64,000 bases of DNA, taken from the NCBI RefSeq assembly GCF_006345805.1, contig NC_043000.1, positions 101,184,001 through 101,248,000 of the forward strand, read 5' to 3'. Of the stretch, positions 22,453 to 36,830 are shown piece by piece. Every line of letters starts with the position of its first letter. The stretch's first letter is position 1. The stretch comes from Octopus sinensis. Taxonomy: Eukaryota. The notes beneath the pieces were generated by a model, which was not told the DNA's origin, did no database searches, and saw only the letters and a list, made by a program, of their open reading frames with translations. A program made the position numbers and the translations under genes.

Positions 22453-22732
22453 TAGAAAAAAAACACCTTTTATCAATTCAATAATGAAAAATTAAATTAT
22501 ACCATTTAGAAAAATTACATATTATAGAAAGATTAAATATAAGATAAAGCATATAACAATGATTAAGTAATTCTACTAAGTATATATATGTTTTATTTAT
22601 TATTTTGCACATTACTTAATCATCGTTATATGCTTTATCTTATATTTAATCTTTCTATAATATGTAATTTTTCTAAATGGTATAATTTAATTTTTCATTA
22701 TTGAATTGATAAAAGGTGTTTTTTTCTAATTT
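22449..22732. repeat. Long AT-rich palindrome (arms 22449-22571 and 22611-22732) embedded in (TA)n
   Basis: The ~122-bp arms are complementary with 1 mismatch and 1 indel; the spacer is 39 nt. Confidence 0.95.
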
Positions 22733-22756
22733 ATATATATATATATATATATATAT

Positions 22757-22990
22757 CATCATCATCATCATCAACAACATTTCATGTCCGTTTTCCATGC
22801 TAGCATGGTTTGGATGGCTTGACAAGAACTGGTAAGGCCAGGCCCACTCCAGGTTCCATAATCTGTTTTAGCTTGGTTTCTCCAGTTGGATGTTCTTCCT
22901 AATGTCAACCACTTTACAGAGTGTTCTGGTGCTTTTTGTGAGGCACCATTACCAGTGATTTTTATGTGGCACCTTGCTTTTAGGGTGGTG
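22757..22990 (-). mobile_element. RTE 3' end (family A, older)
   Basis: (CAT)n adjoining (TA)n, ttccatgctagcatgg, ggatgttcttcctaatg. Confidence 0.8.
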
Positions 22991-23865
22991 GTGGGTTTTC
23001 TTGAGTACAGCAATGCACAACATATTTCATAAATCAGCAGAAAATTGCAAAAATGATTCAAGGCTGAGAGGAATGTTTCATGTGGACACTCATAAACATT
23101 GTTTCATGAGTGCTAAGCATATAATTCTCAGATTTTGAATAGCTTGACTGATTTTTTGCTGAAAATAAACTGAAAAATCATATGCTGGTATATGGAAGTT
23201 CTATTTTCGCTGTTTATTCTCCCAAACCCTTAATTATGTGTGCACACACACATGCGTATACCCATGAGTGAAAGTGGCTGTCAACGCATTTGATAGGAGT
23301 TTCATATACAATTTAATAACAGTTTGATTCAGTTTAAAGCAACTTAGACTGTTGTAAGCTTGTAAAATGATCCTATTTTGTGAGTTGAAGGTAATTTCTA
23401 AAATTATATGTCTAAATGAAACATTGCTATGCAGGTTGCTATAACACAATAAATAATAATAAAATTTTGGTGGACTATTTTTAACAGCAAAATGAATATA
23501 AATACAAGTCAGGAGACATCACAGAATGATCTAGAAGTTTAGAGACTCACTACATCAAAACACTTAATAACTTTGAAAATATTATACAGAGTAATATAAA
23601 GTTTTGATAAAATTAGACAACAAATTTAATTAATTAGAACTGAAGCCATAAAATTGTGAAACAGGTGAAATTAATCATAAACACACTGGCCACTCAATAA
23701 TAATACAGTTATAAAAAAAGCAGGATAAAAGAAACTATATTATTGATCTAGGTTTGAGTGCTGGTTCCTTCTCTCACGTTGGTCACCTTTTGAAGAATAC
23801 ATTTGTTATCAGTATGTTTTTGAGTCTCGGACAAAGTAATTCTTAGTAGAAAAATATCATTAGGA

Positions 23866-24185
23866 TCATGATCATCATCATCATAATTTAATGTCTGTTT
23901 TCCATGTTGGCATGGGTTGGATACCTTGACAAGAGCTGGCAAGGGCAGGAGCCACATCAGGCTATGCAGTCTATTTTGACTTGGTTTCTATGGTTGGATG
24001 TCCTTCCTAATGCTAACCTCTTCACAGAGCGTACTGGCTGCTTTGGCACCCTCATCATAGCTTTTTATGTGATACCATCACTAGTATTTTTTATGTGGCA
24101 CAAGTACCAATGCTTTTTACATGGTACCTTGGTTTTAGTACACCAATCCTGTTGTGGTAGGCATGTCTTCTTGAGTGCAGCAGTG
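23866..24185 (-). mobile_element. RTE 3' end (family A, older)
   Basis: (CAT)n tail, ttccatgttggcatgggttgga, ggatgtccttcctaatgc. Confidence 0.75.
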
Positions 24186-24299
24186 TACAATATGTCTATG
24201 TTCTTTGTCAGTTTCATTTCCAGAATAGTTCTCTTTTCATTACTGTTGCACTCTCAGAAAGGGTATTCTCAGGCAACTTATTCATGATTTCCAAAATTT

Positions 24300-25130
24300 T
24301 CATAATTCTGTTACTGAGAAAACCAGTTGTAAAATTTCTTTCTATCTCCTGCAGATCTTCAATATATAAAGTCTTCTGATGGCCATTTTACAATCTCTCT
24401 ATATTGTCTGACTCAAAGTTGTATTGATGATGGCTACTGCTATATTTCTTCATCAAATTCCACGATATCTTTGCAAGCTTCTGAACATAACCTCTTCCAA
24501 GCTTCCTTCATGCAGTCCTTGGTCTTTGTTTCAGCCTGCTTTGTCATTATTTATGACCTTCGTGTAGTAGTTTTTCAAAACATTCTTGATATTTTATCAT
24601 GGCCATTTGTTTCTGCAACAAGTTGTTTAAAAGTACACCAAAGAAAATAGGTAATGACATGAGAAATTACTCTGTCATCCCTGAGCCAGAATAAGGAAAA
24701 GGTTTTCAGTAACAAGTAGACTACTTTGACAGCAATGTAGGTTTGAAAAATATTGAGATTCTGAAGATGGTCTGCAACGATATTAATCACCAACAATGCC
24801 CTAGACACAAGATTGTTTCTGTCACTATATCTTGAATGCTGAATAAAAATATGAAACACACTGTTATGTTTAAATTTTTATTTCTATTTCAAGTCATCTT
24901 GTTTGATTTTTAAATCGCAGGCAGATGTATTTTTCTGTTCCTTTTATTGGTTGTTGCAGTTCTGAATGATAAACTAGCATAAGCTTCAGCTTGCAGTCTT
25001 CTGAAACATTACAACCAAGTAGAAGTGTTAAATGGTCTTTTCCAACCTTGAACTCAGAAGTGTATTTTCTTCCCATGAAATGAGTGCTGATGGCATTCTT
25101 TACCAGAAAAAAAGCAAGTTGGGTGTGTGT
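24300..25130 (-). pseudogene. Tigger/pogo-family DDE transposase remnant
   Basis: FKVGKDHLTLLLGCNVSEDCKLKLMLVYHSE (cf. TIGD1 [27 protein letters not shown]), VKVVYLLLKTFSL..DRVI and MKEAWKRLC; many stops. Confidence 0.8.
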
Positions 25131-27779
25131 ATGTTGGTGGAGTAGCTGCCATGTTTGATGATACTCTTAAGAACCTGGAAATTTACTTTGATGCCAAAGT
25201 ATCAGCACATGCAGCTACCCAAGGACGTATGTATGCTGTCCAACCCATGCCAATATGGAAAATGGATGGTAAATGATGACGATGATGACCATAATGATGA
25301 TATATTACTTTCCTAGATCTATTTTTCAACATGGTTTATTTTTGGATTTGGGTGTATAATATTTTGTATAAAAAGTCACTGTTGGCCACGTACTGCTATA
25401 GTAGCTAGTGGGCTTATCAAAAATTTCTTTAGAGGAAAAGTTACAGACCCTACTACTAGTGTTAGGTTTTAAATGATAATAGAGGAATGACAAGACTGAG
25501 CATACAGCTAAGTTTTTCATTTGGTTTGATGGCAGAGATCGTGTTACTAATGCAGGTAGAAAATTTTATCCCTGATTGTTTGGATATATCAAACAATCTC
25601 AGAGTTGTGAATGGTTCTAGATTATTTCTTTCTTGTATGTGTCTGAAGATGATCTTTGTCTCTCATTGTATTACTTTCCCTTAATATCCTCTACCTTTTC
25701 CTCACAAATACTACTTCTTAATAGTGGGTGCCACTTCCCCCCTTTCCTTCTCTGTTTTATTTCTGTCTTGCAAGTTACATGGCAACCTCTTTAGTACCAG
25801 TGGCTCGAAAGTATAGCACCTTGTACATTCCGTAAAGTGCTTTGCATCAGGAAGGACATCGAGGTGTAGAATGCCAAATATGGCATTGAGCTCAGTGCAG
25901 TCCTGCAACATGCTAGATCCCTGTCAAACCATTCTACCTATGCAAACACAGAAAGCAGATGTTAAATGATGATGTCATGCTGTGTTTTGTTGTCCATTTA
26001 TATAGCAAAAGGTTTCTCTCCATTCAAAGTCTAGCTTCAGACTAAAAATAAAAAGAGTATCTAAGTGCTTACTTGACCTGCTGAAAATAGCATCTAGATT
26101 TCTCTCAAATCATACCTTACCATCTTAAACAATGACAGGGTGCATTAAATAATGTAGTTCAAGATACAGTATTATCATAGCTGGCATGCCTTAACAATAA
26201 TGACAATGATATAACCCTTTAAAGGCACAGCAAATGAGTTACTAAGTCATATATTTTATATGGCCTGAATGTAATTTCTGGGGTTACCAATCAGCACACT
26301 CTGTTAAGTGGTTGTTGTTAGGAAGAGCATCCAGCCATAGAAACCATGCCACAACAGACAGTCTAGTGTCTGGACAGCTCCATGCTGGCCAGCTCCATGC
26401 CAAACTGTCCAGCCTATGCCAGCATGGACAGCAGATGCTAAACAATGATGATGGTGATGATATCAGCTTAGCTGTTATAATCCTGTCTATTTTAAGATAG
26501 TTGGGTACTGATATTTCTTGTGGGTCAAGTTACTATGTTGCAGTTTCTTTGTCAGAGAGTTACTTGTATATATGATAGCTCCATGTAATTCTAAGAACAA
26601 CTGAAATTACATTTGGTGCAATATAACATCTACAGAAATAATTCAGGCCTTATTTTGTTTGTTTTCTTTTCATTTTTAAACAATATCTCACACATAGAGA
26701 TAAAGCTTTGCTCTGTCCACAAAACATCATTGTAAGCTTTCAAAAAGATTAACTCCGAATTCTCATTTTTCTTTCTCACTTGTCTTCTTTATCTCTCTCT
26801 ATCCCCCGCCTCACTCTCTCTGTCTCCCCTTCTCTATCTCTCCCACTCTCTCTTCTCTCTTTTACTTAGTATTCCTCCCTTCTCACTTGCTGTAACCCAC
26901 CAAATCCATCAGTTGTTGTAGATTCAGAATTATCTTCTGCTCAGCTTGCTCTGACTTCTCGACCATGCTATCCTTCATGGCATAGAACAATGTTTGAAAG
27001 AATGCATAATTTCCTAGGTTATTATGTGAGCTTCTTCGTTGATTTCACCATCGCAGTAAATTGCATATGAAGCACAGGTCGCATGTTATGGACTGTGGCA
27101 AAAGCAACAGCAGCAGCGGCAACTGCTGCAGTGTTAGTAGTTGTGTTGGTGTTGGTGTTGGTGGTAAATAATAAAAAGCTTCTTTCTCCTTATCTTTCTT
27201 TCATCCTGCCAGTTTTGTGGTATGCTATGCACTTGCCTAAATTGCACTGCTGTTGCGGTGCATCTGTACCAATGCATGTCAAGGGAACAGTTATAATATT
27301 TACTATAAGATGGCATTTATTACAAAGTATGTATTTGTTTATCTAATGTGTGTATGCATGTATATCTTTGTATTTGTGCATGCATATTCATGCATCTATA
27401 TGCATTTGAATATTTGAGCACATACATTGTGTATGTGTGCACATGCATATGTGTAATATGCACATGTGCTTTTGTTTTACATGATTTATTTTAGTGTTTC
27501 TATGATTTATAATTCTTTTTGTTCCCTTTGTATTTAAGTATTATTTTGTATGTTTAACATATCTAAACATATGTGTATGTGTCTGGGTGTATTGTATGTT
27601 TATATACCCACAAACACACATCTACATATGTGTGTGGGTCTATAAATCATGGTTGTGTGGTGAGGAAGTTTGCTTTGCAGCTTAATGCCTCAGGTTCACT
27701 ACCACTGCATGAAACCTTGGATAGTTGTCTTTTGCTATAGCCTTGAGGTAAGCAAATATATACATATACATATATATAT

Positions 27780-27816
<37 letters not shown>

Positions 27817-29109
27817 TAATTTTAGAGACAGAACCACCTTCAACTCAATCAACACCGAAAGATTTTATACTCGACCACCCCATAAAATGTTAAAAATTAA
27901 ATCTTATACTAATTATATCTATTCTGAATCCTGTATTTTCCATTTATAAGACTACACGTGTTTCATGAAACTACGTTGGTAATGATTAGCTACGAGTTAT
28001 CTAGTTTCAATACTTACCCGGTTCGACATACTCCCAATCTTCAAGTCTGGATTCCTCAACATTTTTCACTACCCCTACCTCTTATATACTTCCATAAATA
28101 TATATATATATATATAGTATTAATAATGATAAAGATAATGGAAAATGTTCAAATCTATAATTTTATTTAACTGTTATTTACAGCATTTTTTCAAGACCTA
28201 CATATGTTTTGACTGCAGTGACAGCACACTGTTGGATATGCAACCTAGCATCATGGCCGGTGCAGTTTCATTAGGGTCCTCACCCTCTGTTGTTTCAAAA
28301 TAAAACTGAAAGAATTAACAAACTGAGTGAATAAAGTATTTAGTGTGAGGGTACTGCTATTAATATGAATCTTGACCCAGTGTTCACCTCTACTAAATGT
28401 GGTAGCAACACAAAACGTGGTCCTAAAAATTGGTCAAAGTTGGATTGAATGCTTGGGAAAAATTCTAATAAAAAAAGGAGGGTATACATACATGTATAAA
28501 TGCATATCATCATTATTATCATTTAGTGTCCATTTTCTATGCTGACATAGGTTAGATAGTTTGACTGGAACCGTAAACCAGAGAGCTGCACCAGGCTCCA
28601 GTCTGTTTATGTACATACATATGTACATACATATATACATTCATACATACACACGCATATACATTATGTATGTTTTAATATTTGTATATCATATGTACAT
28701 ATGTTTGTATATCACATGACCATGTGACTGACCAGGTTATCAGATATTATTACACATCACTGGCCACAATGTGCTTTGCATTGTTTTAGCCTTCGAAGGA
28801 CTCCACCCCACTAGCCAGGAGAGCAGGCCAACATTCCTCTCTGATCAAAGGGGGATTGAAGCAATGTGAAATGAAGTGTTTTGCTCAAGAACACAACATA
28901 CCACCCAATCAGGGAATTGAACCCACAATCTAGTGATCATGAGTGCAACAGCCTAACCACCAGGCCATGTGCCTTGACTTGTATATACATGTACATATGT
29001 ATACATAAACACATATATCTTTGTGTGCATATCTATATGTGTGTGTGTGTAGGAGAATCCTTGTATAGATATGTGAGTGTGTGTGTATTTACAGGAGTGG
29101 CTGTATGGA

Positions 29110-29497
29110 GGTGCAGGAGTGGTTGTGTGGTAAGAAGCTTTCTTTCCAATTACAAGGTTCTGGGTTCAGTCCCACTGTGTGGCACTTTGGGCATGTATTT
29201 TCTACTATAGCCTTGGGCTGACCAAAGCCTTGTGACTGGATTTTGGTAGATGGAAACTGAAAGAAGCCTATCACATATATATATATTTGTGTGTGTGTGT
29301 GTGTTTGTGTTCCTGTATTTGCCCTCCCGCCCCAGCATCTCTTAACAACTGATGCTGGTGTGTTTACATCACCGAAACTTAACGATTTGGCAAAAAAGAC
29401 CAATAAAATAAGTACTAGGCTTACAAAGAATAAGTCCTGGGAGTGATTCGCTCAACTAAAGGCAGTGTTCCAGCATGGACTGAGACAAATAAAAGAA
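29110..29497 (+). mobile_element. SINE family B
   Basis: Collinear with 19556-19967. Confidence 0.85.
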
Positions 29498-29809
29498 TAC
29501 ATGTATGTTATATATGTGTGCATATACATTTTATAACACAATGCTTAGTTCGCTATGGCAGAACTCATACATTGATCATTTAATTCTATTTTGCAATTAG
29601 CTTAGAGAAGTTATAATTATCATTCTTCAAAATTTCTATAGTATTTTTTCTGTAAAAATATTATTTTAGCTTTGTAGTTGCATTTGTTATTTAACCTCAG
29701 ATCAGGCCTGAACAAGTAGACTTACGACAGAGGAACTTCCAGAATGTTCCTTTCGTTCTTTATAGGTTTCTAGGATTATGGTATTTAATGTGCCTTTCCC
29801 TTTCTTTAA

Positions 29810-29979
29810 CCCTTTAGCATTTAAACAAGCTGTATCCGACCTCTCATACCTACCCTACAAAGTCATTTTAAAAATAAAGAATCACAGCATCAAAATTTTC
29901 AAGACTATTCATGATTAATTCAAAACAATGTGGAGAATAAATATTACATTTGATAGAGTATTATCTGAATGTGAAAGGT
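29810..29979. mobile_element. piggyBac-like MITE (degenerate right end)
   Basis: TTAA|CCCTTTAGCA ... tgtgaaaggt|TTAA; the interior matches 57688-57887. Confidence 0.7.
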
Positions 29980-30519
29980 TTAAAATTATTTGGTGTGATT
30001 TGAAGGAGATTAAGGTGCAATTTCTAACAGGTCTTGTGACAGTGTAAAATATTCTTTTATTTAGGAATATTACGGTGAAAGCTTTTGAGCTGCAACCATG
30101 ACCAGCCCATATTTTTGTATATTAGGAGTTATAGCATTGCTTTTTATATCCAGAACTACATTGCTTTTATTTATTTAAGATGGTTGAGTGTTATATGAAG
30201 ATTTGGCTTATGTTTTTAGAAGGTTCAGTGACCACATGAAGGCCAACTTCTTGTTTCATTATACCACTTCCATATTTTTGATAGAAATATTATAAAAACT
30301 ATTCATTTTATTAGTTGTTGCTAGGCTTTTAGGTAAACCACTGTCAGATGTCATAGATATACTCTAATGAAAGTTTCTAATAATAGTTTTACTGTCAGGT
30401 AAATAAGAAAGTAATCACAATGCGTGCATTCAGCAGGAGTTTGCCACCTAAGAAAATTTTGTATATCTCTGCACATTTTTCTGTTTCTTTGATTGCAAGT
30501 GGACAGTTTGTGTCTTATA

Positions 30520-30840
30520 TGGAAAGTCTTAAAGCAATATTTGTTTTTGTGTCCACATTTCGACATAAACTCTTGCATTTTGTTGACTAGTTTATAAATT
30601 TGTATCTAGTTATAATATTTTTCCTACCTAGCAAAGTTCACCATATCTCTGGGCATTTCTTGTATAAGCTTTTGCAGATTCAATGACAGTCCATTTACTT
30701 TCTATGTTATTTTTTTGCCATCTTCTTTCTAATAATCAAATATGTTTTGACAAAGCCATCACATTCTACATGCATATATTTACAAAGGTGCTGCTATGTT
30801 GTATGTTACAGCTTTTAAGTCTATATTTTCTCTTCTGTGA
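30520..30840 (-). pseudogene. Penelope-like element GIY-YIG C-terminal remnant
   Basis: ALSKHI*LLE..KWTVIESAKAY..GELC*VGK ... QEFMSKCGHKNKY resembles LSKYIW..KW.I...A..Y....C.LC..EK....ELxSKCRHxNKF. Confidence 0.65.
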
Positions 30841-32248
30841 AGCTTACATAGCCTGTAGCTTCCCTTTATTTTGTTTCCTCTCATTTTAGTGTGATATAAT
30901 TATATGTGAGTGGATCCGTGGATCCCTATATATGTGTGTGTGTGTGTATTTATATGTATATGCATCTAAACATGTATATGTATGTTTATATATATATATG
31001 TAAATATAAAGCTCTCTCCCTTGCATACACATGCACAAACACTCTCACATATATAATGCACATACATGCACACCTTGTTCAGTCATTTTCACATCGATTT
31101 TTTCATGCCAGCATGGGTTAGAGAAATACATTATTGTGATAGTATTTTACAGCTGGATAAGCTTCCTCTTGCAAAACGTTATGTTTTTCAAGAAACAGAT
31201 CTCTTATTCTGTATTCTTCAAAGGCACAAAGTCAGCAAACAAACCGCTGATAGAAGGAAATTACTGCCCTGCTTATAGTTGAGTAATACATATATATATA
31301 TATATATCATACACACACACATATATATATATAACAGCACACATAAACATAGAGACATACACAGAGACATACACGCTCACACCATTCTGACCTCTAAGAC
31401 CAGTCCAAGAACCACCGAAACATGAAAGACTAGCTATGAAACAAAAAAAAATCCTTTCAATTCCACATTGCAATTCCTTACCCCCACCCCAATTTACCTC
31501 CCACACTGTCCCTTAAAATAGCAAACAACCCTTAGCTTCACACAAAATAAAAAATGCTAAAACAGGTTAGTTCATCTCAAATTCTTTGTAAACTCCTAAA
31601 TATATCTCTTTCTGTGTATATACACTACCAAATATGACTTTTTTTGAACTCCTAATACTTTCCTGTGTATGTATATAGATACTTCCAAATAAACAGGATT
31701 TTTAATGAACTGATATTTTTATTGAACTTTTTGTCTAATATTTTGTCAGGTATTTCCTTTTTTAACATTTTCTTATTATTATCAAAGAATGTATATATGT
31801 ATTTTAATACTTTTGTGACAACCAGTACTTAACACAACAAAGCTTTACATTTTACTTTTGACAAACTTTTTCTAAAAAAAGTGAAACCGGTCAAGTGAAT
31901 AAACATCTTTAAAATTGCATTTTCAAACCTTCTTTCATATATATTTCCACTTCCGTGGTACCTTACAACTTCACATACACACATACTGACTACTCATACA
32001 AACATACAGTTAATACCACACATACAGTCAATACTACACACACACTTGCTACCACACAGTTACCACCACATGCACACATGCTACCATGAACACACACACA
32101 CACATGCAGTTACTGTCACATACACATGCTACCACACATATACTCACAAACCGCCCATCTTCACACTCTCTTCCCACTTTGGAGCTTGATGCAGTCCTGC
32201 GAATCACTGGATCTTGTCAAACTGTCCAACTCATGCCAGCTTGGATAT

Positions 32249-32770
32249 CATCATCATCATCATCATCGTCGTTTAACATCCGCTTTCCATGCTAGCATGG
32301 GTTGGACGGTTTGACTGAGGGCTGGCGAACCACATGGCTGCACCAGGCTCCAGTCTTGACCTGGCAGAGTTTCTACAGCTGGATGCCCTTCCTAATGCTA
32401 ACCACTCCGAGAGTGTAGTGGGTGCTTTTATGTGCCATCGGCACGGGGGCCAGTCAGGCAGTACTGGCAACAACCTCACTCGAATCTTTTTACACATGCT
32501 GCCAGCACAGGCGCCAGTAAGGCAATGCGGGTAATGATCACACTCGAATGGTGACTCCTACATGCCACTGGCACAGAAGCCAGTTAGCCACTCTGGCAAC
32601 GATCACGCTTGGATGGTGCTCTTAGCACCCTACTAGCATGGGGCACAAGTGCCAGTAAGGCGACGCTGGTAACGATCACACTTGAATGGTGCCTTTTATG
32701 TGCCTCTGGCAAGGAAGCCGGCTAGCCACTCTGTCAGTGATCACGCTCGTATGGTGCTCTTCACACTCCG
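32249..32770 (-). mobile_element. RTE 3' UTR copy (older subfamily) with heterogeneous ~65-73-bp units
   Basis: (CAT)n tail; a repeated gatcac(a/g)ctcg(a/g)atggtg marker at 32536, 32601, 32674 and 32739. Confidence 0.85.
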
Positions 32771-33528
32771 CTAGCATGGGTGCCCATCATGGATGTTAAA
32801 TGATGATGATGATGGATGATGGGGATTTCCAGTCACTGGCTGTTTCATAGGTTTGTTTAATTGAACCTGATTTGGGGGATAAAATTAGGACAATGATCAC
32901 AACAACATCAGTGACTAAATTAGCTATTGACCATACCAGAACCAATCTTTTCTGAAATGTGGATCCCCAAAGTATAAATATTCAGCTCCAGTTTCCATTC
33001 ATTTAAAGATGCTGATTGACATTCACATATTTCCTTCTATGTAAGTCACAAAGCTAAAAGAGAAATCTTTCCTCTCATAAAGAACTGAACTTACTTCCAT
33101 TCTTTTTAAGAAGCTGAGTGTTAGATCTCTTTTTGGATTGGCTGCAAGTCTGAGAGAGGAATCTTTCCCTAATTGTGGAATTGGACTTAGAACAAGAAGC
33201 TAATAAACATTAATTTTCTCAAATGGTTGTTGCAGCTTGGCTCCAAATCTGTTCAAACTGGGAAGTTTTTCCAAGCATGATTAGTTTCTTTATTTCTTTT
33301 TAGACATATCACACCCTAGACTACACAAGCTAATGTGTCCTTCCATTTTCTTTTTAATGGCAGTATAGTTTAGTGGAGGGAGATTTGGGTGCTAGTTTTA
33401 GCTGTTGGTTTTCTCATACTAAGACTTCTAGATGAACTCATCAAGAACTAAATATCTTGATTACAGACCTATGTTTGTGGTACCTCTACAATATTTGGCT
33501 TCATTTTTTTGATTTACTATGTTTATCA

Positions 33529-33958
33529 GGTGCAGGCATGGCTGTGTGGTAAGAAGCTTGTTTCCCAACCACATAGTTCTGGGTTCAGTTCCACTGTGTG
33601 GCACCTTGTTCAAGTGTCTTTGGGCTGACCAAAGCTTTGTGAGTGTATTTGATAGATAGAAACTTAAAGTAGCCTGTCATATACATGTGTGAGTGTGTGT
33701 GTGTGTCTGTGTGTGTCTATGTGTGTCTGTGTATGCCTGTGTGTCTGTGTCTGTCCCCTGCCTCTATCACCATTTGACAACTGATGTTGGTGTGTCTACG
33801 TGCCTGTAACTTGGTGGTTCAGGAAAGGAGACCGATAGAATAAGTACTAAGATTGCACAGAATAAGTCCTGGGGTCGATTTGTTCAACTAAAACCCCTTA
33901 AGGAGGTCTCCAGCATGGCCATATTCAAATGACTGAAGCAAGTAAAAGAATAAAAGAA
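33529..33958 (+). mobile_element. SINE family B
   Basis: Collinear with other family B copies. Confidence 0.85.
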
Positions 33959-34788
33959 CAGCCATTTTGAAATCAAAGTATAAAACATTTTCATAGCCTG
34001 TCAAATAGAGCATATGAGGGTTAAGCATATTTATTCAGATTTGGGTCATTGCTTGGCATACTAATTGAAAATATTGGGTGTTTCTAATATTTATAATTAA
34101 TATGAGCTGAATTATGTCACAGCTGACAAATAAATATCAAAATTTCATCTTGTTCTTACACGTGATTATAAATCTCTTTCAGGCAATTTACAGGCTTCCA
34201 GTTTGTTGTCTCTTTTTTTTTATTAATGTAAAAATTGAATTAGTCAAATGTGAAAAAAAAAAAAAAAAAAAAAAAAGAAGTTTGACTCAAGCAAAATTGC
34301 TGTTTACTTAATTTTCTAGCTCTGTTCTTCATTGAGAGTTTATCAGATATAATTTAAGATCTGAAGATGTGATTCAGAATACCAGCAAAGTTTACTAAAT
34401 ACTATGACGTCCAGTCTTTCATCATTGCTGACAAGTCCTTAATAATGTATGTACTTAGACACCTGTTTACCAATCTGTGACTGTGTTTTATTGTATACAG
34501 AACACTGTATGTAAGCATCTTTTGTTTTTAGATGACAGCTCTCTGTATAATAAATTTTTCCATATCTTTGAGCCAGTGAATTACTTGATGCAAGTACTAC
34601 CTCACTACTAAAATTCATTATATATATCTATGTATACATATATGTATTACAGTATACATATACATACTGTATCATACACACACATATACATTTATATGTG
34701 TGCGTGTTTATTTAGCAAAAAATAATAATAAATAAAATGATCACCCGAAAGTACAGCAACATATATACATACATATATATATATATAT

Positions 34789-35130
34789 AAGTGGAGGCAC
34801 AATGACCCAGTGGTTATATCACGTGATCACGTGACCAACCACATTGTCAGATGTTGTTACACATAGCTGGTCACAATGCGCTTCACATTGTTTTAGCCTT
34901 CAAATGATGCCACCCCGCTGGCTAAGCAAGCAGGCCAACAGAAGAAAGAGTGAGAGAAAGTTGCAGTGAAAGAGTACAGCAGGAATCGCCACCATCCCCT
35001 GCCAGAGCCCCATGGAGCTTTAGGTATTTTCGCTCAATAAACACTCACAACGCCTGATCTGGGAATCGAAACCGCAATCCTACGACCGCAAGTCCGCTGC
35101 CCTAACCACTGGGTCATTGTGCCTCCACTT
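34789..35130 (-). mobile_element. tRNA-derived SINE (34817-35130) plus an inverted duplicate of its first 28 nt (34789-34816)
   Basis: Minus strand has A box tgacccagtggtt and B box ggtttcgattcc; aagtggaggcacaatgacccagtggtta occurs inverted at both ends, each next to (TA)n. Confidence 0.85.
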
Positions 35131-36629
35131 ATATATATATATATATATATAATGTATGGTAAATTTATGGAATGAAGTTCCATAAATCCTGTCAATTTTG
35201 TTAAAAATGAAGGAGACAAGTTGTTAAAATTTATAAGAAGTTACATTGTAGCAGACCATCATTTCATACAGAGATATAATAATATAAATTCATGATTGAA
35301 TTAAATTAATTTAATATCAACGTACTCTTCAGTGCAGGAAGGAAAAAAACTATAATACAAAGAACTTAAAAAGAAATATAGCAGAAAAAATTGGAGCTAG
35401 GAGAGTCATATTGGTGTCTGTGTCAGATATTTAACTATAACTAACATCTTCAACATTTATTTGAAGATGCAAGTAAAGAATATTGGAGACGTTCATTCTA
35501 TAGATGAGTATGGAAATTAGAATTATAGCTCCATATAAGAAGCATAGGGAAAGTAAGTAGTAGAAATGTCCAATGGGAAATCTATACAGAATTTAAATTA
35601 AAATTAAAACCAATTGTTGAAATCTGCATGTAGTATAATGTATTTTAAAAAAAAATTTATACAGAAGAATGAGGTTTAGTGTGAGGAAGTGTTATATGAA
35701 AAGGTAGTACTAGATAGTTAACGTAAATAAATGGTATAAAATAGAGGAATGAGAATGAGTTAAAGAGAGAAGATGATGTATATAAACTACTCATGTTTGC
35801 ATAAAAAATATCACATAAGGTAACATGTTTAATAATACATGAGAAAAATAAGTAAAAACAGAAAAGCAATTGTTAATGTTACAATTAAAGTAGTATGTAC
35901 TTGCTGTGTTTATAAATATGAAAAAGTGAATTTGAAAATGAAGTTAGGTAGACCAAAATAAATGTAGGAGAGGTAAATGAGCGGAGAAAGAGATGAGTAA
36001 AAAAATTAAATTTTGGATAGGAATGTGTTGGTTATACAGAAGGTGTGTTTTAAGTATGTATATAAAAAAAAAATGTTACAGATGTAATAATCCAGTGAGA
36101 AGGATATGGAATGACAGTATGGTCATAATGGTATTTGAGTTGTAGGGGTGCTGTGCCAATATAAATATAAGAAAAATCTATGAGTAGAAGGTTACGGATA
36201 AGTGTACAAACATTTACACATAATACAGAAGAAATATAATCAAATAAGGTGAAGAGTGTGTGTATGATTAGTCATATGTGTGAAGAGGCATATTTACACA
36301 TGAATATATGGATACAGGAATTTGTGTAGATATATGTTTAAGGTATACATATAAAAACTGTATAAATATACCTATACAGGTGCAAAAAAAGGGGCACACA
36401 CACACAATAAATTTTATATATATGTATGCGAACATCCACATATACGCAGATACACACATTCATATTTATATATATGTCTGTACCTACATATGTATAAATT
36501 TACACACATAGGTACATATAAGATCAATATGTAGATATGCATACATGGATGTAGACATGTAGATCACCTTAAAGTCGTACATGTGCATATATGTGTACTT
36601 ATATACATATACACATACACACACACAGG

Positions 36630-36830
36630 TGCACGTGTGCATGTGTGTAAGTCTACCATCATCCTCAATGTTTTTCCACTTTTTTCATTGGTTGGATGAG
36701 ATGTCTTTATGCAGCATCTATTATTGGGTCCCCTACTGGCTCCAACCATTTATTTCCAAATAGGGTACTTTACTGCACTGTTCTTCACATATCAAACTAT
36801 GGAATGGATTGTTTATGAAAAATAAGAAAG
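36630..36830 (-). mobile_element. Old RTE C-terminus/3' end remnant
   Basis: Minus strand ends ..catccaaccaatgaaaaaagtggaaaaacattgaggatgatgg, a degenerate family A tail directly after ORF-like sequence. Confidence 0.4.
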
